A DNA stretch of 23,351 bases, taken from NCBI GenBank assembly GCA_043819795.1, contig JBDREN010000123.1:1-23351 (forward strand). The letters are read 5' to 3'. Under the pieces are notes generated by a model that was not told the DNA's origin, made no database searches, and saw only the letters and a program-made list of their open reading frames with translations. The position numbers and the translations under genes were made by a program. The DNA is from Elusimicrobiota bacterium (GTDB lineage: Bacteria; Elusimicrobiota; Elusimicrobia; UBA1565). Shown here one piece after another: positions 6,040 through 14,920 of the stretch; positions within the stretch are counted from its first letter, which is position 1, and the number at the start of each line of letters is the position of its first letter.

Positions 6040-9000
6040 TTAATCGTCGCTGAGGCGGGAGGCCAGCTTGGCGCGGTCTTCGGACGGAGGGCGCGCGAAG
6101 AACTCGGAAGGCTGCGAGAGGTCCTCGGGCGGGCGCTTCGGCTTCAGCGGCCTCCAGCCCGTGTCGTGGAGCATCTTGAAGTACGCCCGATAGAAGGCGA
6201 CGTCCGTCGGGTCGTCGAAGAAATTCGCGTTCTCGTAGCTGTTCTTCTCGGCGTTGCCGGTGTAGTTGAAAGAGCCGGTCTCCAAAAGCTTCCCGTCGAC
6301 CACCATGAACTTATTATGGTTCTTCTCGAAGAAGACATCCCCGTCCGGGTTGGGGCCGGCGACGATCTTGACGTCGAAATCGTGATACGCGAACCAATCG
6401 TCGAGCTTCATGAGCTTCGACTGCATGCGGTCGAGGACGACGGCCACGTGGACGCCGCGCTGCTTGGCCTGCAGCAGCTCCTCGGCGATCCGCACTGAAT
6501 AGAAGCTGAACATGGCGATCTCGATCGTGGTCTTCGCGGCGCGGACCGCGCGGATGAGGGTGTCCTCCACGAGCCCCGAGGGAGAGAAGGCCTGGCGCGG
6601 GAAGCGCTCGCCGTTGAGCTCGATCGCGTGGTCCTTGTCCACGGGCGCGGATTCCGGACGCTCCTTCGCCCATTCATGGTCCTCGGCCTCGGCGACCGTC
6701 ACGGCGTAGCCCCGCATCCACTCCCACACCTTGCCGTAGAACGCCACGCGCTGAGCATCGGCCTCGAACTTCACGCTCTCGAAGTGGTGCTCCTCCGACG
6801 CGCGAGTGTAGTTGTAGGAGCCGAACTCCACCATCTTCCCGTCGAAAACGGCGAACTTGTGGTGCATGATCCCCGAGGCGGTGACCCCGCGGAGCACCCT
6901 GACGTCGAATCCCTCGTCGATCAGCGCCTGGATCTGGGCGGTCCGCTCGCGTTCCTGGCCGCTGTGGTTGGTGCCGCGCGGGAAGACGTGCAGGAAGTCG
7001 ATGATGAAGCGGACCTTCACCCCCCGCTTCTTCGCGCGCCGGAAGGCCTCGAGCACCTTCTCGAGGTTGAACTCGTAGAGGGCGAGCTCGATGGTCTTTG
7101 CGGAGGCGTCGACGGCCTTGACCAGGAGGTCCTCGACCGGGTGCTGCGGGCGCACGGCGTTGGACGGGAAGTTCTCGCCGTTGAAGGCGATCTCGCGCGA
7201 GGCCGGCATCTCGGACCACACGGGAGCGGGAGGCGGAGGCTCGGGCTCGCCCTGGAGCCCCTCGGTCAGCTCCTCGTCGGTCGGCAACTTCGGCTCCGCG
7301 GCCGGCGGGACCACCCGCTTCGCGCGGCGGGTCCCGTACATGTCCTCGAAATAGGCCTCGTAGGCGCCGGCGTCCGTCTTATGGTCCAGCAGGAAAGCGT
7401 TCTCGAAGTTCGTCAGGAAGCCGCTCTTGGTGTAGTTCAGCGAGCCGGTGACGACCAGCTTGCCGTCCAGGATCATGAGCTTGTTGTGGTTCTTTTCCGC
7501 CCACTCGGGGCCGTCCGGGTTCGGCCCCGCCAAGGTCTTCACCGGGATCTTGTGATACGCGAGCCACTCGGCGTAGGGCCGCATGAAGTCCTGCCCGGCC
7601 TGCGTCTCATCGAGGAGCACGCGCACTTTCACCTTGCGCTTCTTCGCGTCGAGCAGCGCCCGCGCGATACGGGGCGAGCTCAGCGTGAACATCGAAAGGT
7701 CCACGGACTTGTCGGCCGCCCCGATCGCCTTGACGACCAGGTCCTCGCCGGCGCCGTCGGGGGTGAATAACCAGGCGGGAAACCGCACCCCGTTGAACAC
7801 CACGCCGGCGACCTCGTCCGCGGGAGGCGGCCGCGCCTCGCGCGGCCACTTATGGTCCTTGGCCTTATCGAACGCGACACCGAGCGACCGCAGATGCTTC
7901 CAGTAAGCCGCCAGGGCGCGCACCCGCGCCTCATCGGCCGTGAAATTGACGTTCTCGTAATGGTTGCGCTCCGAGGTGTAGGACCAGTTATAGGAGCCGA
8001 AGAGCCCCATCTTGCCGTCGAACACGGCGAACTTGTTGTGCATGATCCCGTAGCGCTGCGCGCCCCGGACCACCGTCACATCGAACCCCCCGTCCACGAG
8101 GGACTGCAGCTCGAGACTGCGGTGAGGCCAGTAGTCCGCGCCGGGACGCCGCCGCGGGTAGGCGTTGTAGTAGTCGATGATGACCCGGACCTTGACGCCC
8201 CGGTCCTGCGCGCGCCGAAGGGCCTTCAGTATCTCCTGGTTCTTGAACTCGTAGAGGGCTATCTCGATGGACTTCTCCGCCGCGTCGATCGCCGAGACGA
8301 TCAGGGGCTCGATCGGCCGGTCCGGGCGGAAAGCGACCGAAGGGTAGGCGCGGCCGTTGAACTCGATTTTGCGCGCCGAGTACTTCGGCCCCTGCTTGCG
8401 GCCGGAGGCATCCCGGGACTCTCCGGCGTCGGTCTTGGAAGCGTCGTCCGAGAGGGCCCCGGTGACGGCGCTGGCCTCATCGTAGGATCCGGCGTCCTGC
8501 AGCCCGGCCTTGCGGTTGAAGAAGCGCTCGGCGGCCGCGCGCAGGGAAGCCAGCCCGGAACCGCCCCCGGGCGCCTGGAGCCGCGCCCCAAGCCGGGCGA
8601 GGGCGGGCATCCGCCGGCCGGCCCCGCCTTCCTGGGAGAGCGCCCGCGCCGCGGTCCGGAGCCCGGCATGCGAGCTCGCGTCCGGATCGGCGATCCGCGG
8701 GCTCGCGGCCCGCGAGACGAGGACCGACTCCGGACCGGCGACACTTCCCGCCGTCCGGGCGGAACGTCCGCCCGATTCAGGCAAACCTATCGCCGGGGCC
8801 AGCGCACGCGGTCCCCACGATGCCGCCGGGGTCAGCTCGCGCGACCCCAGCGAAGGGAGCGTCCCGGCCAGGGCCGGAGCTTTGTCGAGAGAGGATATCG
8901 CGCCCAACGAACCGGCGCCGAGGCTCCGCACCGATCCGCCGGCGACCGCGGGGACCGCTTGGCTGGCTTGGGATCCGACGGCGGTTTGCGCCACTTGGGC

Positions 9001-9084
9001 GGCCCTTACGGCCGGCCCGTTCAGGGAAAGCACGCAGAGGACGGCGATCGCTTTCCGGAAAAGATGCGGCGCCTGGCGCTCCAT
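6040..9084 (-). CDS. Secreted phospholipase D/Nuc-family protein with four HKD motifs
   Basis: HNKFAVFD, HNKLMILD, HHKFAVFD and HNKFMVVD, each followed by GSxN. N-terminal signal peptide and about 200 aa of low-complexity linker. Confidence 0.92.
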   Translation of the reverse strand: MERQAPHLFRKAIAVLCVLSLNGPAVRAAQVAQTAVGSQASQAVPAVAGGSVRSLGAGSLGAISSLDKAPALAGTLPSLGSRELTPAASWGPRALAPAIGLPESGGRSARTAGSVAGPESVLVSRAASPRIADPDASSHAGLRTAARALSQEGGAGRRMPALARLGARLQAPGGGSGLASLRAAAERFFNRKAGLQDAGSYDEASAVTGALSDDASKTDAGESRDASGRKQGPKYSARKIEFNGRAYPSVAFRPDRPIEPLIVSAIDAAEKSIEIALYEFKNQEILKALRRAQDRGVKVRVIIDYYNAYPRRRPGADYWPHRSLELQSLVDGGFDVTVVRGAQRYGIMHNKFAVFDGKMGLFGSYNWSYTSERNHYENVNFTADEARVRALAAYWKHLRSLGVAFDKAKDHKWPREARPPPADEVAGVVFNGVRFPAWLFTPDGAGEDLVVKAIGAADKSVDLSMFTLSSPRIARALLDAKKRKVKVRVLLDETQAGQDFMRPYAEWLAYHKIPVKTLAGPNPDGPEWAEKNHNKLMILDGKLVVTGSLNYTKSGFLTNFENAFLLDHKTDAGAYEAYFEDMYGTRRAKRVVPPAAEPKLPTDEELTEGLQGEPEPPPPAPVWSEMPASREIAFNGENFPSNAVRPQHPVEDLLVKAVDASAKTIELALYEFNLEKVLEAFRRAKKRGVKVRFIIDFLHVFPRGTNHSGQERERTAQIQALIDEGFDVRVLRGVTASGIMHHKFAVFDGKMVEFGSYNYTRASEEHHFESVKFEADAQRVAFYGKVWEWMRGYAVTVAEAEDHEWAKERPESAPVDKDHAIELNGERFPRQAFSPSGLVEDTLIRAVRAAKTTIEIAMFSFYSVRIAEELLQAKQRGVHVAVVLDRMQSKLMKLDDWFAYHDFDVKIVAGPNPDGDVFFEKNHNKFMVVDGKLLETGSFNYTGNAEKNSYENANFFDDPTDVAFYRAYFKMLHDTGWRPLKPKRPPEDLSQPSEFFARPPSEDRAKLASRLSDD

Positions 9085-9091
9085 TGCCTAG

Positions 9092-9097
9092 ATGGTA
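9092..9097 (-). promoter_or_regulatory. -10 box TACCAT 7 nt upstream of the PLD gene ATG
   Basis: Minus strand reads TACCAT-CTAGGCA-ATG. No SD and no clear -35. Confidence 0.45.
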
Positions 9098-9369
9098 CAG
9101 GGAAACGGGCCGCTCCCGTAGGAGCAAAAGGCCCAAGGAAGCTCGGGCATGGGGCCCAAGGGGGCTTAGGCCCTTCTGCCTATACGGATTATCTTTATTT
9201 TATAATCATGAATTACCAATCTTGGCCTGCCTCCCCAAACGTCGCCCTGCCCGCGACATGGGACCCGGCCCGTTCTTTATACGCGCGCGGCCGCGAACCG
9301 GGAGCAATCATGAATGACCCGCGCGCCGGCAGCCGGACGCGGGCAAGGCGCACAAAGGCGCACGCGAGG

Positions 9370-9398
9370 TTGACAGGGTCCCCCTACCAGGCTACCCT
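9370..9398 (+). promoter_or_regulatory. Sigma70-type promoter for tnaA
   Basis: TTGACA (9370-9375), 17-bp spacer, TACCCT (9393-9398). ATG 9408 follows 9 nt later. Confidence 0.7.
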
Positions 9399-9407
9399 AT
9401 GATTGGT

Positions 9408-10790
9408 ATGGCTTGGCAGTGGAAGACCATCATCGAGCCCTTTAAGATCAAATGCGTGGAGCCGCTGGGCTTCACCACCCCCCACGAGCGGGAATCGGCT
9501 CTGCGCGAGGCGGGCTACAACCTCTTCAACATCCCCTCGGGCAAGGTCCTCATCGACCTCCTGACCGACTCGGGCACCTCGGCCATGTCGGCCGAGCAGT
9601 GGGCGGGAGTGATGCGCGGCGACGAATCCTACGCCGGGGCGCGGAGCTTCTACCGGCTCGAGCGCCGCGTCCGCGAGCTGACCGGCTACCGCGAGGTGAT
9701 CCCCGTCCACCAGGGCCGGGCGGCCGAGCGGATTCTGATGAAGATCATCGGCGGCCCCGGCAAGACGATCATCGCCAACTCGCATTTCGACACGACCCGG
9801 GCCAACGTCGAGGACTCGGGAGCGGAGGCCGTGGACCTGCCGGTGCCCGAGGCGTTCCGGTTCGACAAGACCGCCCCCTTCAAGGGGAACATGGACACCC
9901 TGGCCCTGGAGGCCGCGCTCAAGGAGAAGGGAGCGGAGCGGATCCCGGCGGTCATCATGACGGTGACCAACAACTCGATCGGCGGCCAGCCCGTCTCCAT
10001 GCGCAACCTGCGCGACGTGAGCGAGCTCTGCCTCCACTACAAGGTCCCCCTGCTGCTGGACGCCGCGCGCTTCGCCGAGAACGCCTACCTCATCAAGAGA
10101 CGCGAGCCCGGCTTCGCGACCCGGCCGGTCGCCGACATCGCGCGGGAGATGTTCTCCTACGCCCGGGGCTGCATGATGAGCGCCAAGAAGGACGGGCTCG
10201 TCAACATGGGGGGCTTCCTGGCTCTCGACGACAAGGACTGGGCCCGCCGGGCCCGGGAGGTCCTCATCATCGGCGAGGGCTTCTCGACGTACGGAGGGCT
10301 CGCCGGCCGCGACCTGGAGGCCATCACCCGGGGCCTCACGGAGGTCCTCGACGAGGAGTACCTCCATTATCGCATCCGTTCCATCGAATACCTGGCCGAA
10401 GGGCTGCGGCGGGCCGGGATCCCGATCGTCGAGCCCCCGGGCGGGCACGGCGTCTACGTGGACGCCAAGCGCCTTCTGCCGCACATCCCCCCGGGCCGAT
10501 ACCCGGGCCAGGCGCTCGCATGCGAGCTCTACCTTAAGGCCGGCATCCGCTCGGCCGAGATCGGATCGCTCATGTTCGGCCGGCGCCGCAACGGCCGCTT
10601 CGAGCCCGCGAGGATGGAGCTCCTCCGTCTCGCCGTCCCGCGGCGCGTTTACACCCAAAGCCACATCGACTTCGTCATCGAAGCGTTCGCGGATATCGCC
10701 AAGAGCGCGGCCTCCCTGCGCGGGTTCCGCCTGCTCGAGGCCCCGGAGCACCAGAGCCATTTCACGGCCCGGCTCGAGCCGGCAACCTGA
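9408..10790 (+). CDS. tnaA: Tryptophanase (PLP-dependent beta-eliminating lyase)
   Basis: IEPFKIK, IDLLTDSGT, HQGRAAE, DAARFAEN, MSAKKDG (PLP lysine) and RLAVPRRVYT. The C-terminal HFTARL has His as in tryptophanase, not the FFTARF of tyrosine phenol-lyase. Start 9408 is preferred because ATG 9399 abuts the -10 box. Confidence 0.88.
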   Translation: MAWQWKTIIEPFKIKCVEPLGFTTPHERESALREAGYNLFNIPSGKVLIDLLTDSGTSAMSAEQWAGVMRGDESYAGARSFYRLERRVRELTGYREVIPVHQGRAAERILMKIIGGPGKTIIANSHFDTTRANVEDSGAEAVDLPVPEAFRFDKTAPFKGNMDTLALEAALKEKGAERIPAVIMTVTNNSIGGQPVSMRNLRDVSELCLHYKVPLLLDAARFAENAYLIKRREPGFATRPVADIAREMFSYARGCMMSAKKDGLVNMGGFLALDDKDWARRAREVLIIGEGFSTYGGLAGRDLEAITRGLTEVLDEEYLHYRIRSIEYLAEGLRRAGIPIVEPPGGHGVYVDAKRLLPHIPPGRYPGQALACELYLKAGIRSAEIGSLMFGRRRNGRFEPARMELLRLAVPRRVYTQSHIDFVIEAFADIAKSAASLRGFRLLEAPEHQSHFTARLEPAT

Positions 10791-10792
10791 GC

Positions 10793-12865
10793 ATGAAGCC
10801 ACGCATCATCCTCGTCACCAACGACAAGGCGGCCGCCGGGGTCTTCGAGAAGGCCTGCGAGCGCCGCAAGGTGGCCGCCCAGCGCGTCTCGACGGCGGAG
10901 GAGGCGCACGGCCTCTGGCACGACGAGGACAGCCAGCTCCTCGGCGTGGTGGGCGACAGCGCCACCTTGCAGCCCCAGGAGAAGTACAAGCTCCTGCAGT
11001 ACCACTGCGAGCCGGGCGCGCCGCGGCTGATCGTGCTCGATCCGCCGCAGATCCCCGACCCCCGCGCGCCGGTCGAGACCATCTCGCGCCTGCGCTGGCC
11101 GCTGCACTCGGCCTTCGTCGCGGCGCTCCAGGAGATCGCGCAGAAGCCGATGGTCTTCCTCGCGGACTCGACCCTCTATCTCACCGGCATGCTGCAGGCT
11201 CGGCTCCAGGCCATCGGCATCCGGCCGCTCACCGTCGAGTCCACCGTCGGCCTCGCGGAGATGCTCCAGGGCGCGGACGTGGCCGGGGAGGATGAGGAGG
11301 AGAAGAAGAAGGAAAAGAAAGCCTCCTGGTGGAAGTTCTCCGGTAAGGAGGAGGAAGAAGAGGAATCCCGGCAGCCGCGCAGCCCTTGCGCCGTCGTGCT
11401 GTGGCACGGGGACGCCTTCGACGCCCAGGCGTTCCAGCAGCGTCTCGCCCAGGCCATCCCGGAGGCGCGATTCTTCCTCGTCACCAGCGCGAGCGCCGTG
11501 CACAACGCCGAGCGCTCGCTCGGGCGCAACCGGCCGGCGTTTTTGCCCCGCGACCTCGCGGAGCACACGATCAATATCTTCCTCGGCAAGCAGACCTCCG
11601 ACCCGATGGGCCTGGGGCGCGTGGTGCTCGTCGACAACTTCAAGCCGTCGCTCATCCACCTGACGGCAGGCCTCATGTCCGAGGGCTACGAGGTGGCCGC
11701 CTGCATGAAGGCGGAGGAGGCGATCCAGCTAGTGAAGAGCGACCGCTTCCACATAGCGGTCGTGGGAGCCGCTCTCGCCTACGCTCAGCATACCGGCGTC
11801 GAGCTCGCCCAGAAGATGCGCGAACTGGACCCCGACCTGCGCATCATCCTCATGGTCGACCGCTACCCGCTCCAGACCGCGCTGCAGGGCGTGAGCCAGG
11901 TCGTCGAGGTGGGGCTCGACGACTGCCTGCTCAAGCCGGTCGAGCCCTCGCGGCTGCGCTTCTCGATCAGCCGCGCGCTCGAGCGCCGGCGCCTGCTTCT
12001 GGAGAACGCGCGCCTGCTGGAGGAGCTCAAGGACGCCAACGAGGAGCTCGAGCAGCTCACCGGGTTCCAGTCGAAATTCTTCGCCATGGTGGCGCACGAC
12101 GTAAAGAACCCGCTGACGGCGATACGCGGCTACGCGGAGCTACTGTCCTGGAAGGTGAAGGCGAAGGACCTTCTCAAGTACGTCACGCACATCCAGTCCT
12201 CCTCGAAGGCGCTGGAGGGGCTCATCTCCGACCTCGTGGACTACGCGGCGATCGAATCGGGCAAGCTCCGCGTCAACATGGAGGAGATGGACCTCGCCTC
12301 GGTGGTCTCCGAGGTCCAGTCCCGGGTCCAGGTCACGGCCGACGGGCGAAAGATCGCGTTCCGCATCTCGATGCCCGAGGGCCTGCCGAATCTGCACGGC
12401 GATCCGCTCCGCATCGGACAGGTCATCCAGAACCTCTGCACGAACGCGATCCAGTACACGCCCGAGAGCGGCGGGGTCACCCTCAAGGTCCAGAGCGGCC
12501 CCGCCATGGTCACCGTCAGCGTGCGCGACACCGGCATCGGCATCTCGAAGGAGGACCTCCCGCGCATCTTCGACCGTTTCTTCCAGGCCTCCAACGCCCA
12601 GAAGATGCGCCGCGCCGGGTTCGGGCTGGGACTGAAGATCGCCCAGGAGATCGTCAAGACCCATGGCGGGGGCATGGGCGTCGATTCGGAGCTCGGCAAG
12701 GGATCCGTCTTCTACTTCACTCTGCCGATCCCGAGCGCCGGCGGGGCCGGCGCCGGGACCGAGGCCGAGACGGCCGCGAGGCCCGCCGGCCCGGACGCGC
12801 CCGCCACGCCCGGCCTGCCCATGCTGGGCAGCCCGCACACGCCGATGCCGCAGAAGAAGCAGTGA
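10793..12865 (+). CDS. Cytoplasmic hybrid sensor histidine kinase with receiver-like domain(s)
   Basis: H box VAHDVKNPL, N box NLCTNAIQY, DTGIG, FDRF and GFGLGL. Upstream receiver-like domain (VVLVDN...DCLLKP) and a coiled coil. No obvious transmembrane segment. Confidence 0.92.
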   Translation: MKPRIILVTNDKAAAGVFEKACERRKVAAQRVSTAEEAHGLWHDEDSQLLGVVGDSATLQPQEKYKLLQYHCEPGAPRLIVLDPPQIPDPRAPVETISRLRWPLHSAFVAALQEIAQKPMVFLADSTLYLTGMLQARLQAIGIRPLTVESTVGLAEMLQGADVAGEDEEEKKKEKKASWWKFSGKEEEEEESRQPRSPCAVVLWHGDAFDAQAFQQRLAQAIPEARFFLVTSASAVHNAERSLGRNRPAFLPRDLAEHTINIFLGKQTSDPMGLGRVVLVDNFKPSLIHLTAGLMSEGYEVAACMKAEEAIQLVKSDRFHIAVVGAALAYAQHTGVELAQKMRELDPDLRIILMVDRYPLQTALQGVSQVVEVGLDDCLLKPVEPSRLRFSISRALERRRLLLENARLLEELKDANEELEQLTGFQSKFFAMVAHDVKNPLTAIRGYAELLSWKVKAKDLLKYVTHIQSSSKALEGLISDLVDYAAIESGKLRVNMEEMDLASVVSEVQSRVQVTADGRKIAFRISMPEGLPNLHGDPLRIGQVIQNLCTNAIQYTPESGGVTLKVQSGPAMVTVSVRDTGIGISKEDLPRIFDRFFQASNAQKMRRAGFGLGLKIAQEIVKTHGGGMGVDSELGKGSVFYFTLPIPSAGGAGAGTEAETAARPAGPDAPATPGLPMLGSPHTPMPQKKQ

Positions 12866-14868
12866 CCGATGCCGAGGTCTCCGGGCTCAAGAACGCCTTC
12901 GACGGCGAGCTTCTGACCGGCGACGCCGACCTGCTCACCTACTCCTACGACGCCTCGATGGAGCGCGCGCGCCCCGACGCCGTGGCGATCGTCCGCTCAG
13001 CCGACGAAGTCCGGCGCGTCGTCTCCTGGTGCGCCGCCCGCGGCGTCCCCTACGTCGCGCGCGGCGCGGGCACGAACCTCTCGGGCGGCTGCGTACCCCT
13101 CAAGGGCGGCGTCGTCATCTCGCTTGCCAAGCTCGACCGGATCCTGGCCGTCGACACCTCCGAGGACCACGCCGTCGTCGAGCCCGGCGTCGTCAACCTG
13201 CGCCTGCAGACCGCCCTAGCCGGCGTGGGGCGCTTCTACGCGCCCGACCCGGCGTCCCACAAGGTATGCACGCTCGGCGGCAACGCCGCCGAGAACGCCG
13301 GCGGCCCCCGCTGCCTGAAGTACGGGGTGACCGCCAACCACGTGCGCCGCCTCGAAGCGGTCATGCCAAACGGCAGCCTCGAGACCTTCTCGATCGACGA
13401 CGCCGGGCCCGAGATCGTCAGCCTGCTCATCGGCGCCGAGGGGACGCTCGGCGTGATCACGAAGCTCTGGGTCGGAAGCCTCCCGCTCCCGGAAACCGTC
13501 TCGACCGTGCTGGCCGCCTTCCCGACGCTCGACGCGGCCATGGGCTGCGTCACGGACATCATCGCCGCGGGCGTCCTTCCCCGCTCGCTCGAGGCGATGG
13601 ACCGCGCGACGATCGACTCGATCGAGGCCTACGCGCCCGCCGGATATCCACGGGCCGAGGCCGTCCTGCTCATCGAGGTCGAAGGGACCCCGCAGCGCGT
13701 CGCGTTCGAGCTGGACCGGATCAAGACGATCTGCGCCGGCCGCGACTGCGGCGAGTACCGCCTCGCCGCCGATCCCGCGCAGCGCGAGAGGCTGTGGGAG
13801 GGACGGCGCAGCTCCTACGCGGCGCTCGCCCGCCTCGCGCCCAACGTCCTCGTCGAGGACGGCGTCGTCCCGCGCGACCGCCTGCCCGAGGCCGCCCGGC
13901 GCGTGAGCGCCATCGCCCGAGAGTACGACATCCGGACCACCCTGCTCTTCCACGCCGGCGACGGCAACCTGCATCCGAACATCGTCTTCGACGAGCGCGA
14001 CAAGGCCCTCACGGCCCGCGTCAAGGAGGCCGGCTTCCAGATGATGCGCGCATGCGTCGAGCTCGGCGGCTCGATATCGGGCGAGCACGGCATCGGCATC
14101 GACAAGCGGGCGGCGATGGGCTGGCTCTACCCGCCGGAGACGCTCGACCTGTTCCGTCGCATCCGGCGGACGCTCGACCCGGACGGCCTGGCCAACCCCG
14201 GGAAGATCCTCCCCTTGCCCGAGGAATCCGCGCCGGGGCGGCCGTCCCGCAGGCCCCGCAGGGAGCCGACCGACGCCGCCCGCTCGCTCATCGAACGCGT
14301 CCGGGAGAAAGCAGGCCGCGCCGAGCAGACCGCCGTGATCGGATCCGGCACCAAGACCCCCCCCGGCCTGCGCGCGAAGACCAGCGAGGTCCTCACGACG
14401 CGGCCGCTGTCCGCCATTCTCGACTTCGACCGCGCCAATTACACGGTCACCGCCGAGGCCGGGATCACGCCCAGCGAGCTCAAGGCGGCGCTCGAGCCGG
14501 AAGGCTTCTATGTTCCGCTCCCCCTGCTCCCCGGGACCCTCGGCGGTTTGCTCGCCACGAAGCCCTGGGCCGGCCTGCGCGACGGGCTGCTGGGCGCGCG
14601 AATCCTTCTCGTTGACGGCACGGTGGCGGAGCTGGGCGCGAAGGTGGTCAAGAACGTCGCGGGATACGACGTGCCGCGCCTGCTGCTCGGCTCCTGGGGG
14701 ACCCTCGCGATCATCCTTGAGGCGACCCTCAAGCTGCTTCCCTTCCGCCCGGAGATCCCGAGCCGCCTGCCGGCCCCCGGACGCCCGAGATTCGGCCGAT
14801 GGCACACGGCGCTCAAGAAAGCCTTCGATCCGGAGGGACGGCTCAACAGTTGGGTTCTGACCCCATGA
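12862..14868 (+). CDS. glcD: FAD-linked oxidase, GlcD fused to a shortened GlcE-like domain
   Basis: GTG start overlaps the kinase TGA (GTGA). RGAGTNLSGG, TLGGNAAENAGG, HAGDGNLHP, GEHGIG and NPGK, then GSGTK, GAKVVKNVAGYD and FDPEGRLN typical of GlcE. The ORF-track start at 11386 is spurious. Confidence 0.9.
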   Translation: MTDAEVSGLKNAFDGELLTGDADLLTYSYDASMERARPDAVAIVRSADEVRRVVSWCAARGVPYVARGAGTNLSGGCVPLKGGVVISLAKLDRILAVDTSEDHAVVEPGVVNLRLQTALAGVGRFYAPDPASHKVCTLGGNAAENAGGPRCLKYGVTANHVRRLEAVMPNGSLETFSIDDAGPEIVSLLIGAEGTLGVITKLWVGSLPLPETVSTVLAAFPTLDAAMGCVTDIIAAGVLPRSLEAMDRATIDSIEAYAPAGYPRAEAVLLIEVEGTPQRVAFELDRIKTICAGRDCGEYRLAADPAQRERLWEGRRSSYAALARLAPNVLVEDGVVPRDRLPEAARRVSAIAREYDIRTTLLFHAGDGNLHPNIVFDERDKALTARVKEAGFQMMRACVELGGSISGEHGIGIDKRAAMGWLYPPETLDLFRRIRRTLDPDGLANPGKILPLPEESAPGRPSRRPRREPTDAARSLIERVREKAGRAEQTAVIGSGTKTPPGLRAKTSEVLTTRPLSAILDFDRANYTVTAEAGITPSELKAALEPEGFYVPLPLLPGTLGGLLATKPWAGLRDGLLGARILLVDGTVAELGAKVVKNVAGYDVPRLLLGSWGTLAIILEATLKLLPFRPEIPSRLPAPGRPRFGRWHTALKKAFDPEGRLNSWVLTP

Positions 14869-14891
14869 GGAGCGCGCCAGCGCTCCTCATG
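14864..14891. terminator. Perfect 12-bp intra-operon hairpin
   Basis: CATGAGGAGCGC-GCCA-GCGCTCCTCATG. No U-tract, so it may be a stability or pause element rather than a terminator. Confidence 0.45.
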
Positions 14892-14920
14892 AGCGGACCT
14901 TCTGCTTATCGAGGATTCAG

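Noticed and set aside
9408..10790. Tyrosine phenol-lyase (tpl)
   Set aside because: The C-terminal motif has His (HFTARL) as in tryptophanase rather than Phe. Not fully excluded without a phylogeny or assay.
11386..12861. 1160-aa kinase-overlapping ORF as a giant fusion
   Set aside because: The first 492 codons are an off-frame read of the histidine kinase; GlcD starts at GTG 12862.
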